From the NCBI GenBank assembly GCA_001781715.1, contig MFMD01000036.1:1-24832 (forward strand): 24,832 bases of DNA, written 5' to 3'. Every line of letters begins with the position of its first letter. Position 1 is the stretch's first letter. The stretch is from Candidatus Kaiserbacteria bacterium RIFCSPLOWO2_01_FULL_55_19 (GTDB lineage: Bacteria; Patescibacteriota; Minisyncoccia; Phycocordibacterales; Phycocordibacteraceae). Below, in pieces: positions 14,835-23,133 of the stretch. Both the position numbers and the translations under genes were made by a program. Below the pieces are notes generated by a model. That model did not search any database. It had not been told where the DNA came from and worked only from the letters and a program-made list of their open reading frames with translations.

Positions 14835-15788
14835 ATGGACAAACCCAAAACAACAGCGAAGGATTTCTTCTTGTGGACGGGGGCGATGGTTACCTTTTAT
14901 TGGAGCACTATCGCATTCATTCTCCTCACGTTCGATTACATTAACTACTCATTTCCGAACGCGCTTTCGTATTATCCCGCCGATCCATATCAGAGCGGCA
15001 TTAGTTACGAAATGGCGTCTATCATTGTGCTGTTCCCAATCTATCTTCTTCTGATGAAGCTTATTCACGGAAATATTTCTCGGGACCCTTCTCGAAATGA
15101 AATTTGGGTTCGCCGCTGGGCGCTCATACTGACGCTCTTTGTTGCAGGCGTGGCGATAGCGGTTGACCTCATCATGCTTCTCACGACCTTCCTCAATGGC
15201 GAAGCGCTCACGATAGCGTTTTTGCTCAAAGTGCTCATCATCTTTCTTGTCGCGGCGGGAGTCTTTATGCACTTCATCGCTGACCTGAAAGGATATTGGG
15301 ATACATTTCCGGCGCGAAGGAACATGGTGCGCATCGGCGTCGCGGTTCTCGCTGTCGCAACGATAGGTTCCGGCTTCTTTATTGTCGGGACGCCGGCAGA
15401 GGCCCGTCTCGCACGCTTTGACGCGCAGAAGGTGAGCGACCTTCAGAACATCCAGTCACAAGTTGTGTATTACTGGCAGGCGAAGCGAGCATTACCGGCA
15501 ACGATTACTGACCTGAATAATTCGCTCAACTACGGCCCGATACCGGTGGACCCTGAAACAGGAGCGTCGTATGAGTATCAATCGACCGGAGCGCTCTCCT
15601 TCAAGCTTTGCGCCACCTTCAACGCACAGAGTCGTGGGAATCAGAATGCGTATTCCGAGACCCGAGTACTTGCACCGATGCCAGTTGATGCTAAAGGTAT
15701 GCTCGCGGATAACTGGCAGCACTCCGCAGGTACGGTGTGTTTCGACCGCACCATTGACCCAAGCTTCTATCCGCCGCTAAAGAACTGA
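14835..15788 (+). CDS. DUF5671-like membrane protein with a C-terminal pilin/GspG-like exported domain
   Basis: N-terminal KTTAKDFFL and five or more TM helices. The C-terminus reads D..KVSDLQNIQ...YYW...LP..L...DPETG..YEY...F.LCATF. Family assignment is from recall. Confidence 0.75.
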   Translation: MDKPKTTAKDFFLWTGAMVTFYWSTIAFILLTFDYINYSFPNALSYYPADPYQSGISYEMASIIVLFPIYLLLMKLIHGNISRDPSRNEIWVRRWALILTLFVAGVAIAVDLIMLLTTFLNGEALTIAFLLKVLIIFLVAAGVFMHFIADLKGYWDTFPARRNMVRIGVAVLAVATIGSGFFIVGTPAEARLARFDAQKVSDLQNIQSQVVYYWQAKRALPATITDLNNSLNYGPIPVDPETGASYEYQSTGALSFKLCATFNAQSRGNQNAYSETRVLAPMPVDAKGMLADNWQHSAGTVCFDRTIDPSFYPPLKN

Positions 15789-15794
15789 GTTTGA

Positions 15795-18266
15795 ATGGAA
15801 AAGTACGATCATGGGAGCATAGAAAAAGCGGCCCAAGAAAAATGGGCAGAGCTTAATCTCTACACCACTAATCTCACAGACGAGTCCAAGGAACCCTACT
15901 ATCTCCTCACCGAGTTCCCGTATCCCTCCGGCGACCTTCATATCGGCCATTGGTACGCCTTCGCGGTGACCGACATCTACGCGCGTCTCCTGCGCCAGCG
16001 CGGGAAGAATGTGCTCTTCCCGATAGGATTTGATGCCTTCGGCCTGCCCGCGGAAAATGCCGCGATTAAGAACAATCTGGACCCAAAGGAGTGGACATAT
16101 ACGAATATGGAGCGGATGCGCGAGCAAATCGCCAGCATGGGCGCATCATTTGATTGGAGCAAGGAGGTGGTGACCTGTGAGCCAAGCTACTACCAGTGGA
16201 CGCAGTGGTTCTTTACCAAGTTCTTTGAGCATAAGCTCGCTGAACACCGTGAGGCACCAGTGAAGTGGTGTCCCGAGGACCAGACCGTACTTGCAAATGA
16301 ACAAGTTATTGATGGTCACTGCGAACGGTGTGGCTCTGCGGTAGAGGAGAAGCGGCTCACGCAGTGGTTCTTGAAGATTACCGACTATGCCGAGCGCCTC
16401 TTGAATGGACTAGATGCGCTCCCGTGGCGCGAAGAGATTAAGGAAGCCCAGCGCGCATGGATTGGGAAGAGCGAAGGCGCGAAGCTGAAATTCAAGATAG
16501 CAGGAGTAGTAGGTAGTGAGCAGGAGATAGAAGTGTTTACCACACGCCCCGACACTATCTTTGGCGCCACGTATATAGTGCTTGCACCCGAGCATCCGCT
16601 CATAGCAGAGTTATTGAATGTCGGGACGTCGTACGTCCCGACATTAGGAAATCATGAAGTTGTCAAAGCGTATGTAAAAACAACTGCGCAAAAGACTGAG
16701 AGAGAGCGCAGTGAGAATAAAGAGAAGACGGGTGTGAATCTTGAGGGCGTTATGGCGATTAATCCGGCGACCAAGGAAGAAATCCCCATTTTCGTCGCTG
16801 ACTATGTGCTCGCTTCCTACGGCACAGGCGCGGTGATGGCGGTTCCCGCCCATGACGAACGCGACTTTGAATTCGCACAGAAATTTAATCTACCTATCAA
16901 GCCAGTGATTATGGGTGGTGGCAGTGTTCAAATCGGATGGTCGATTGAAAAATGGGGAGACGAGTGGAACGATTGGTACGAAAAAGCAGGAAAGTTAATC
17001 AACTCGGGAGAATTCACAGGCAAGAACAGCGAAGAGGTGAAGTGGGATATTGTCGCGTTTGTCGGCGGAGAGAAGGCGACGCAGTACCGTATTCGCGACT
17101 GGCTCATCTCCCGCCAGCGCTACTGGGGCTGCCCCATCCCGATTGTGTATGACACGCTCGGGAAGCCGCATGCGATTTCTGCCGAACACTTGCCGTGGCT
17201 CCTGCCGACTGATGTTGACTTCACCCCAACAGGTCAAGCGCCGCTGGCTTCTTCCAAGGAGTTGAAGGAGCGGGTTACCAAGTTATTCGGCGAGGGATGG
17301 ACGCCGGAGTATGACACGTTGGATACCTTCGCCGATTCCTCGTGGTACTTTCTGCGGTACCTGAACCCGAAGGATGTCCACAACTTCTCTGACGCCGCGC
17401 TGATGAAGAAGTGGCTCCCGATTAACCGCTACTCGGGCGGGAGCGAGCACACCACGATGCATCTCTTGTACGCGCGATTCTTTATGAAGGCACTTTATGA
17501 CCTCGCACTCGTGTCGGTTGACGAACCGTTTACCGAGCGCTTCAACCGTGGACTCATTCTCGGTCCCGATGGCCAGAAGATGAGTAAGTCAAAAGGAAAT
17601 GTCCTGAATCCCGATGAATTTGTGCAGAAGTATGGTGCAGACGCGGTACGCATCTATCTCGCCTTCATCGGCCCCTATAACGAGCCGGGAAGTTATCCGT
17701 GGAATCTGGACGGTGTTGCCGCAATGCGTAAGTTTCTTGAGCGTGTCACACGCCTCATTGAAAGGTTAGGACATCCGATGTCCAAGTCTGCGGAGGACAT
17801 CGGATGTCCGGCCCACATTCAGCAGGCGCTTGGGCATGCCATAACGAAAGTTTCTGACGACAGTGATCGATTTAAGTTTAATACGGCTGTTTCGGCATTG
17901 ATGACCCTTCTTAATGCACTTGAGGCGGAGCCGACAGTGTCATCTGGGACGGCAAAGATATTTACCATTCTGCTCGCGCCGTTTGCGCCGCATCTGGCTG
18001 AACATCTTTGGGAGAAGCTTGGCGGAGAGGGGAGTGTGCACCAACAGCCATGGCCAGTAGCGGCCGAAGCGGTTATTTCTGAGCGAGAAATTGTCGTACA
18101 GGTAAACGGCAAGCGCCGCGGCTCCGTCACACTGCCCGCTGACGCATCAGAGGCGGATGCCGTAACGGCCGCACGCGCCATCCCGACGGTTGTCGCGACG
18201 CTTGGTGGGAAAGAGCCCGTTCGGCAGGTCTATGTGCCTGGGAAAATCCTCAATTTTGTGGTGTAA
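15795..18266 (+). CDS. leuS: Leucine--tRNA ligase
   Basis: FPYPSGDLHIGH, editing domain FTTRPDT/GTGAVMAVPAHDERD, WLISRQRYWG, DTFADSSWY and KMSKS. Confidence 0.98.
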   Translation: MEKYDHGSIEKAAQEKWAELNLYTTNLTDESKEPYYLLTEFPYPSGDLHIGHWYAFAVTDIYARLLRQRGKNVLFPIGFDAFGLPAENAAIKNNLDPKEWTYTNMERMREQIASMGASFDWSKEVVTCEPSYYQWTQWFFTKFFEHKLAEHREAPVKWCPEDQTVLANEQVIDGHCERCGSAVEEKRLTQWFLKITDYAERLLNGLDALPWREEIKEAQRAWIGKSEGAKLKFKIAGVVGSEQEIEVFTTRPDTIFGATYIVLAPEHPLIAELLNVGTSYVPTLGNHEVVKAYVKTTAQKTERERSENKEKTGVNLEGVMAINPATKEEIPIFVADYVLASYGTGAVMAVPAHDERDFEFAQKFNLPIKPVIMGGGSVQIGWSIEKWGDEWNDWYEKAGKLINSGEFTGKNSEEVKWDIVAFVGGEKATQYRIRDWLISRQRYWGCPIPIVYDTLGKPHAISAEHLPWLLPTDVDFTPTGQAPLASSKELKERVTKLFGEGWTPEYDTLDTFADSSWYFLRYLNPKDVHNFSDAALMKKWLPINRYSGGSEHTTMHLLYARFFMKALYDLALVSVDEPFTERFNRGLILGPDGQKMSKSKGNVLNPDEFVQKYGADAVRIYLAFIGPYNEPGSYPWNLDGVAAMRKFLERVTRLIERLGHPMSKSAEDIGCPAHIQQALGHAITKVSDDSDRFKFNTAVSALMTLLNALEAEPTVSSGTAKIFTILLAPFAPHLAEHLWEKLGGEGSVHQQPWPVAAEAVISEREIVVQVNGKRRGSVTLPADASEADAVTAARAIPTVVATLGGKEPVRQVYVPGKILNFVV
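16617..16645. repeat. 29-nt palindrome inside the leuS editing domain
   Basis: AATGTCGGGACGT-CGT-ACGTCCCGACATT with perfect 13-bp arms; encodes NVGTSYVPTL. Confidence 0.85.
17769..17809. repeat. Paired palindrome, copy in leuS (GGACATCCGATGTCC-N11-GGACATCGGATGTCC)
   Basis: The two 15-mers are reverse complements of each other and each is self-palindromic. Encodes GHPMSKSAEDIGCP. Confidence 0.9.
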
Positions 18267-18276
18267 GGGTCAGCTA

Positions 18277-18305
18277 TTGACGCTTTACAGGGCATTTGCT
18301 ATAAA
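18277..18305 (+). promoter_or_regulatory. Sigma70-type promoter TTGACG-N17-(TGc)TATAAA
   Basis: -35 at 18277-18282, a 17-nt spacer, -10 at 18300-18305, and ATG 9 nt later. Confidence 0.75.
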
Positions 18306-18314
18306 TTAGACCAC

Positions 18315-19394
18315 ATGACTAAGGCAAATTCGGCCGTGGGGCAGGGAAAGGGGAAAAACTCCCCAGTTGCTTCGTTCTCCTTTGACGGCGCCGCACTCGC
18401 GAAGCGCCTTCTTGCTACCGTGCCGGAGAGGGCCCGCGAGGTGCTTATCCGCCGCTTTGGCCTCGGGACAAGTGCCGAACGCGAGACGCTTGAGGCCATC
18501 GGCGATCGCTCCAGCATCACCCGTGAGCGTGTCCGTCAGATAGAGGCCGCCGGTCTTGACGCCGTCCGTGCGGGCAAGGTCTTTAAAGATGCGGCCCCCG
18601 CGTTTGAAGAAATCGCCAAATACATCCACTCGCTCGGTGCGATTGTGCCCGAGGAAATACTGCTCTCTGCACTTGGCAAGGATGAAAAGAGCCGCAATCG
18701 TTTCCGCTTTTTCCTGATGGTTAACTCCTCTTTTTTCCGCGAACGCGAGACGAATGATTTTCTTGCACGCTGGCATGTGGACAACACAACAGCAAAGCAC
18801 ATCCACGATGCTCTCACGAAACTCTACTCCTCTCTCTCTGACGATGAGGTGGTTCCTGAAGGGGAACTCCTTGACCGTTTTCTTGATGAACTGAAGAACG
18901 TCAACGATGCCTATAAGAACGAGGAGATTCTGAAGCGCTGGCTCTCGCTCTCTAAGCGTATCGGCAGCAATCCGCTCGCCGAGTGGGGCCGTACTTCTGC
19001 TCCTGCCATACGCATCAAAGGAATCCGCGACTATGCGTATCTGGCAGTGAAGCGCCATGGCAAGCCGATGCATTTCTCTATGGTTGCCAAGACCATCGGC
19101 ACGCTGTTTTCTAAGAAGGCGCACATCGCCACGACGCATAACGAACTGATTAAAGACCCGCGCTTTGTTCTTGTCGGCCGCGGTCTCTACGCGCTTACCG
19201 AGTGGGGCTATAAGCCCGGCGTCGTGCGCGATGTTATTCGTGAGGCGCTGGAGAAGGGTGGACCGATGAAGAAAGACGATATCATCAAGCAGGTGAAGAA
19301 GGCGCGTTTTGTGAAGGACAATACAATTCTGGTTAACCTGAACGATTCCCGTTACTTTAAGAGGATGAAGGACGGCCGTTACGCAGCCGCGTAA
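18315..19394 (+). CDS. Sigma70 region-4-like HTH plus C-terminal HARE-HTH/winged-helix protein
   Basis: RRFGL...TLEAIG...ITRERVRQIE is region 4.2-like, with no region 2. The C-terminus has GIRDYAYL...GKPMHF...HNELIKDPRFVLVGRGLYAL. Confidence 0.85.
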   Translation: MTKANSAVGQGKGKNSPVASFSFDGAALAKRLLATVPERAREVLIRRFGLGTSAERETLEAIGDRSSITRERVRQIEAAGLDAVRAGKVFKDAAPAFEEIAKYIHSLGAIVPEEILLSALGKDEKSRNRFRFFLMVNSSFFRERETNDFLARWHVDNTTAKHIHDALTKLYSSLSDDEVVPEGELLDRFLDELKNVNDAYKNEEILKRWLSLSKRIGSNPLAEWGRTSAPAIRIKGIRDYAYLAVKRHGKPMHFSMVAKTIGTLFSKKAHIATTHNELIKDPRFVLVGRGLYALTEWGYKPGVVRDVIREALEKGGPMKKDDIIKQVKKARFVKDNTILVNLNDSRYFKRMKDGRYAAA

Positions 19395-19408
19395 GGGTAG
19401 TACACATC

Positions 19409-19443
19409 AAGAGGAGCGGCTCCGGAAGGAGCCGCTCCTCTTT
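19409..19443 (+). terminator. Intrinsic terminator
   Basis: 15-bp perfect stem AAGAGGAGCGGCTCC-GGAA-GGAGCCGCTCCTCTT, followed directly by the next gene's TGGTATACT. Confidence 0.85.
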
Positions 19444-19459
19444 GGTATACTGAGCGGAT

Positions 19460-20830
19460 ATGTTTCTCCCGTTCTACGATAAGCTTGCGGGTCTGGTGGC
19501 AGAATCGCGCGATACTGTCGGCGTCCGTCCGTTTCGCTGGCCGCCATTTATTGCGGGCGTCGTCCTCATTTTCATAGCGTACCTGTTCTTGCCGGCCCAA
19601 GTTGATCTGGCGCTTTCCCTCGTCCTTTTCTTGGCGCCCGTGTGGTTGCCGTTTCTTCTTGTCGGAGGCGCCTATCTCCTTTGGATTGTGATGCGGCGCT
19701 CGGAGTTTATCGCCAGCAAGCCCTATGTACTGCTTGAAATCAAGCTCCCGCGGAATCTGGTGAAGACGCCTCTCGCTATGGAGGCCGTGTTATCCGCCAT
19801 GCACTACACGAAGGGCGAGAGCAATTGGTTCCAAACAGAATGGCAAGGCCAGGTACGTCCCTACTGGTCGCTTGAGATTGCGTCGTTTGAAGGGAAGGTC
19901 CACTTCTTTGTATGGACGCGCTCGGATTTCCGCCAACTGGTTGAGAACGCCTTTTATGCGCAATACCCTGGCGTACAGCTGGTTGAGACCCTTGATTACA
20001 CACGCATGATAGATGCACAGCCCGAGGATTTTGCCATCTGGGGTTGTGACTACAAACATACAAAGCCAATCGATGCGTATCCCATCAAGACCTACGTTGA
20101 GTACGGGCTGGACAAGATACAAGAAGAGCCGGAACAAGTTGATCCATTTGCATCTCTGATTGAGTTTTTTGGTTCTATCGGCAAGGGTGAAAACCTCTGG
20201 CTACAATTCGTTTTCCGCGTTCACAAGGGCGAGAAGTACAATAAGCTCAATAAAGAAGGTAAGCCATATACTTGGCAAGACCAGGCGCTTGAGCAGATAG
20301 AGGAAATTCGCAAGAAAGCGGGTACCAAGAGCAAGTTCTTTGACCCCACGACCGGCAGGATGATTGAGACCGAAGGGTTCCCGAATCCGACTAAAGGGCA
20401 GATGGAGACCATCGCCGCAATTGAGCGGAATGTGTCTAAACTCGGCTTTGATGTCGGTGGTCGTGCCGTATACATTGCGGCACGCAATAAATTCAACGCC
20501 ACCATGATTACCGGTATGATAGGCCTCTTCCGGTCTTTCACATCAGAAGGGTGGAACGGACTAAAACCGACCCATTTTGGCATGGAATTCAGCGACTATC
20601 CGTGGGAGTTCGGGAATGAACGCCGCAAAGATATCTTCCGGCGAAACATCGTACAGGCGTACCGTCGTCGGCAGTATTACCACGAGCCCTTTGATATGGG
20701 CGATGCGATGGTTATGAGTACCGAGGAGCTCGCCACCGTCTTCCATATCCCGTCCCAGTCCGTTCAGGCGCCGGGTCTCGTCCGTATCCAGTCGGCGACG
20801 CGCGAAGCTCCTTCCGATCTCCCCACCTAA
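19460..20830 (+). CDS. Conserved hypothetical protein with N-terminal TM segments and a large soluble domain
   Basis: Long ORF with TGGTATACT 8 nt before ATG. Motifs LLEIKLPR, YWSLEIAS.EG.VHFF, AQYP, YPIKTY and EELATVFHIP; no Walker motif seen. Confidence 0.88.
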   Translation: MFLPFYDKLAGLVAESRDTVGVRPFRWPPFIAGVVLIFIAYLFLPAQVDLALSLVLFLAPVWLPFLLVGGAYLLWIVMRRSEFIASKPYVLLEIKLPRNLVKTPLAMEAVLSAMHYTKGESNWFQTEWQGQVRPYWSLEIASFEGKVHFFVWTRSDFRQLVENAFYAQYPGVQLVETLDYTRMIDAQPEDFAIWGCDYKHTKPIDAYPIKTYVEYGLDKIQEEPEQVDPFASLIEFFGSIGKGENLWLQFVFRVHKGEKYNKLNKEGKPYTWQDQALEQIEEIRKKAGTKSKFFDPTTGRMIETEGFPNPTKGQMETIAAIERNVSKLGFDVGGRAVYIAARNKFNATMITGMIGLFRSFTSEGWNGLKPTHFGMEFSDYPWEFGNERRKDIFRRNIVQAYRRRQYYHEPFDMGDAMVMSTEELATVFHIPSQSVQAPGLVRIQSATREAPSDLPT

Positions 20831-20836
20831 TTCTGC

Positions 20837-21793
20837 ATGGATGCTCCCCGGCGTTACTTCCCGTTACTTCTCGCGTGCGCGAGTATTTTGATTTTATTCG
20901 GCGGCTGGCACTACTTATTTGCGCCGCCGGCGACCTTTCCTGCCGGAGGTGTTGTAATTATCACAAACGGCGCCTCGGCACCCGAGATTGCACAAGAACT
21001 TGCCGATATGAACATCATCGCGCACCCCAATTTCTTCCGTTTCCTCCTCCGTATCTCGGGGACCAGCGGACAAATTCACTCGGGCACCTACCGCTTCCAG
21101 TCCCCCGAGAGCATGCTCGCGATCGCGTACCGACTTGTTACCGGTTCGTACGGCATCCCTCCCGTCCGTCTGACCTTTATTGAAGGCAGTACCGTCCGCG
21201 AGATGGCACTGCAGGTAGGAGTGGCATTTCCGCATATGACGAAAGCAGATTTCCTCCGTGCAGCCAGTCCCTACGAGGGATACCTTTTCCCCGACACCTA
21301 CCTCTTCTCCCCATCTGCAGACGCAGCATCCATCGTGACAGCGATGCGGGACAACTTTACGGCGAAGCTCGCATCGTCTACGCCCGCTATCGCCGCGTCG
21401 GGACATTCTCTCTCCGATATTGTGATTATGGCCTCACTGATTGAGAAGGAGGCGCGTACCACGGTGAGCAGACGCACGGTCGCCGGCATCTTGTGGAATC
21501 GCTTGGAACTCGGTATGCCGCTTCAAGTTGATGCCGTGTTCGGCTACATTTTCAACCGCGAGACCTACTCCCCCTCATTTAAAGACCTTACGGTTGAATC
21601 GCCCTACAACACCTACACGCACACTGGACTCCCTCCAGGACCGATTAATAATCCCGGTCTTGATGCCTTTGACGCAACCATCAACCCGACGAAGACGAAC
21701 TATCTGTATTATCTCACGGGCAAGGATAATCTGATGCATTACGCCACAACCTATGCCGGCCATCTAGCTAACCAGCGCAAGTATTTGAAGTAA
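20837..21793 (+). CDS. mltG: Endolytic transglycosylase MltG
   Basis: N-terminal TM, TFIEG, EGYLFPDTY, MASLIEKEA (catalytic Glu), LQVDA, SPYNTY..GLPPGPINNPG and YLYY. Confidence 0.95.
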   Translation: MDAPRRYFPLLLACASILILFGGWHYLFAPPATFPAGGVVIITNGASAPEIAQELADMNIIAHPNFFRFLLRISGTSGQIHSGTYRFQSPESMLAIAYRLVTGSYGIPPVRLTFIEGSTVREMALQVGVAFPHMTKADFLRAASPYEGYLFPDTYLFSPSADAASIVTAMRDNFTAKLASSTPAIAASGHSLSDIVIMASLIEKEARTTVSRRTVAGILWNRLELGMPLQVDAVFGYIFNRETYSPSFKDLTVESPYNTYTHTGLPPGPINNPGLDAFDATINPTKTNYLYYLTGKDNLMHYATTYAGHLANQRKYLK

Positions 21794-21802
21794 GATGTGC
21801 CC

Positions 21803-22723
21803 ATGGATGTACGCGGGAAGAAGATATTCGTAGGGCTTTCGGGGGGCGTTGATTCGGCGGTGTCGGCCGCGCTTCTAGAGCGCGCAGGAGCGAGGGTTAC
21901 GGGGGTATTTATCAAGGGTTGGTATCCGCCCGAGATGCCCTGTGCGTGGGCAGAGGAACGCCGCGACGCGATGCGGGTTGCGGCGCATCTACATATTCCA
22001 TTTCTCACGCTTGACGCCAGCGCTGAATATAAGAGAAGCGTGATTGACTATTTGCTCTCCGAGTATCGCGCGGGACGGACGCCGAACCCTGATGTGATGT
22101 GCAACAAGGAGGTGAAGTTTGGCGCATTTTACCGCTTTGCAAAAGAGATGGGGGCAGATGCGATAGCTATGGGGCACTACCGGCGCGGTGAAAAAGACCA
22201 GAGCTATTTTCTCTGGGCAGTACCGAAAGACGTTCTCAACGCGACGATATTTCCCGTAGGAGAGATGGAGAAGAGTGAGGTGCGCTCGCTCGCCAAGGTA
22301 TTTCATTTGCCCGTGTCCGAGAAGAAGGACAGTCAGGGCATCTGCTTTCTGGGAAGCGTTTCCGTCAAAGAATTCTTAGAAAAAGAGCTCGGGAGCGATA
22401 ATCCGGCGCTGTTGTATACCATTGGCCAGAAAGTTGGAGGCAAGTATGTCATCGGCAAAGATGTGGAGAAGAAAGAAATTACAGTGTCCAAGACGCGCGC
22501 CGGAGGCGCGCGGGCGATCGGATTTATCGATGCAAACTGGTTTGCTGAATCGGCGACAGCGACTGAGGCCCAGTATCGCTACCGCGGACCGCGCATACAA
22601 GGGCGCATTGATAAGGGCTCTTTTATGAGTGCAAACCCGCTTCCTGACCTCCCTGCGCCCGGACAGTCAGTCGTCTTCTATCGAGACAGTGAGCTTGTCG
22701 GTGGTGGTATCATTACCGTATGA
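21803..22723 (+). CDS. mnmA: tRNA-specific 2-thiouridylase, compact form
   Basis: SGGVDS PP-loop, TPNPDVMCNKEVKF, MGHY, KDQSYFL, KKDSQGICF, YTIGQ and PGQSVVFY. Start at 21803 (or GTG 21797). Confidence 0.95.
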   Translation: MDVRGKKIFVGLSGGVDSAVSAALLERAGARVTGVFIKGWYPPEMPCAWAEERRDAMRVAAHLHIPFLTLDASAEYKRSVIDYLLSEYRAGRTPNPDVMCNKEVKFGAFYRFAKEMGADAIAMGHYRRGEKDQSYFLWAVPKDVLNATIFPVGEMEKSEVRSLAKVFHLPVSEKKDSQGICFLGSVSVKEFLEKELGSDNPALLYTIGQKVGGKYVIGKDVEKKEITVSKTRAGGARAIGFIDANWFAESATATEAQYRYRGPRIQGRIDKGSFMSANPLPDLPAPGQSVVFYRDSELVGGGIITV

Positions 22724-23133
22724 ATCATATGCGTCTTTGGACCGCGGCGACTATTATTGCGGTCTTCATTTTTGTTGGATTTGTCCTCTCGGTACCGCGA
22801 GCAAGCGACGGTCCGATTGTACCGTTACCGGAGGAAGTGGAGGCACCGACACCATCGGTTACCGTGCATGATGTGTTTAAGAAGGGCATTCACACCATCA
22901 CTGCTTCGCTCCTTGCGCCAAACGCCTGTGCGACAGTTACGGCCAGCTCCACGCTCCAAAGCACTGCCTCAAGTACTGAAAGCATACTGATTGCAATTGA
23001 GCTCGCAATAGATACGGGCGTATGTCTACAGATGCCGACTCTGATAAAGGTTTCTACAACCGTCACTGCACCGTCAAATATACCGATTACGGCAAGCGTG
23101 AACGGCGTGATGGCATCTACCACCGAATCATGA
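22720..23133 (+). CDS. Membrane-anchored exported protein, beta-rich with two Cys
   Basis: N-terminal hydrophobic helix, PNAC...GVCLQM, and ATGA overlaps on both sides. Confidence 0.82.
   Translation: MNHMRLWTAATIIAVFIFVGFVLSVPRASDGPIVPLPEEVEAPTPSVTVHDVFKKGIHTITASLLAPNACATVTASSTLQSTASSTESILIAIELAIDTGVCLQMPTLIKVSTTVTAPSNIPITASVNGVMASTTES

Noticed and set aside
2404-17809. CRISPR array interpretation of the palindromic repeats
   Set aside because: There are only two units per locus, with short spacers (11-15 nt), inside CDSs, and no cas genes.
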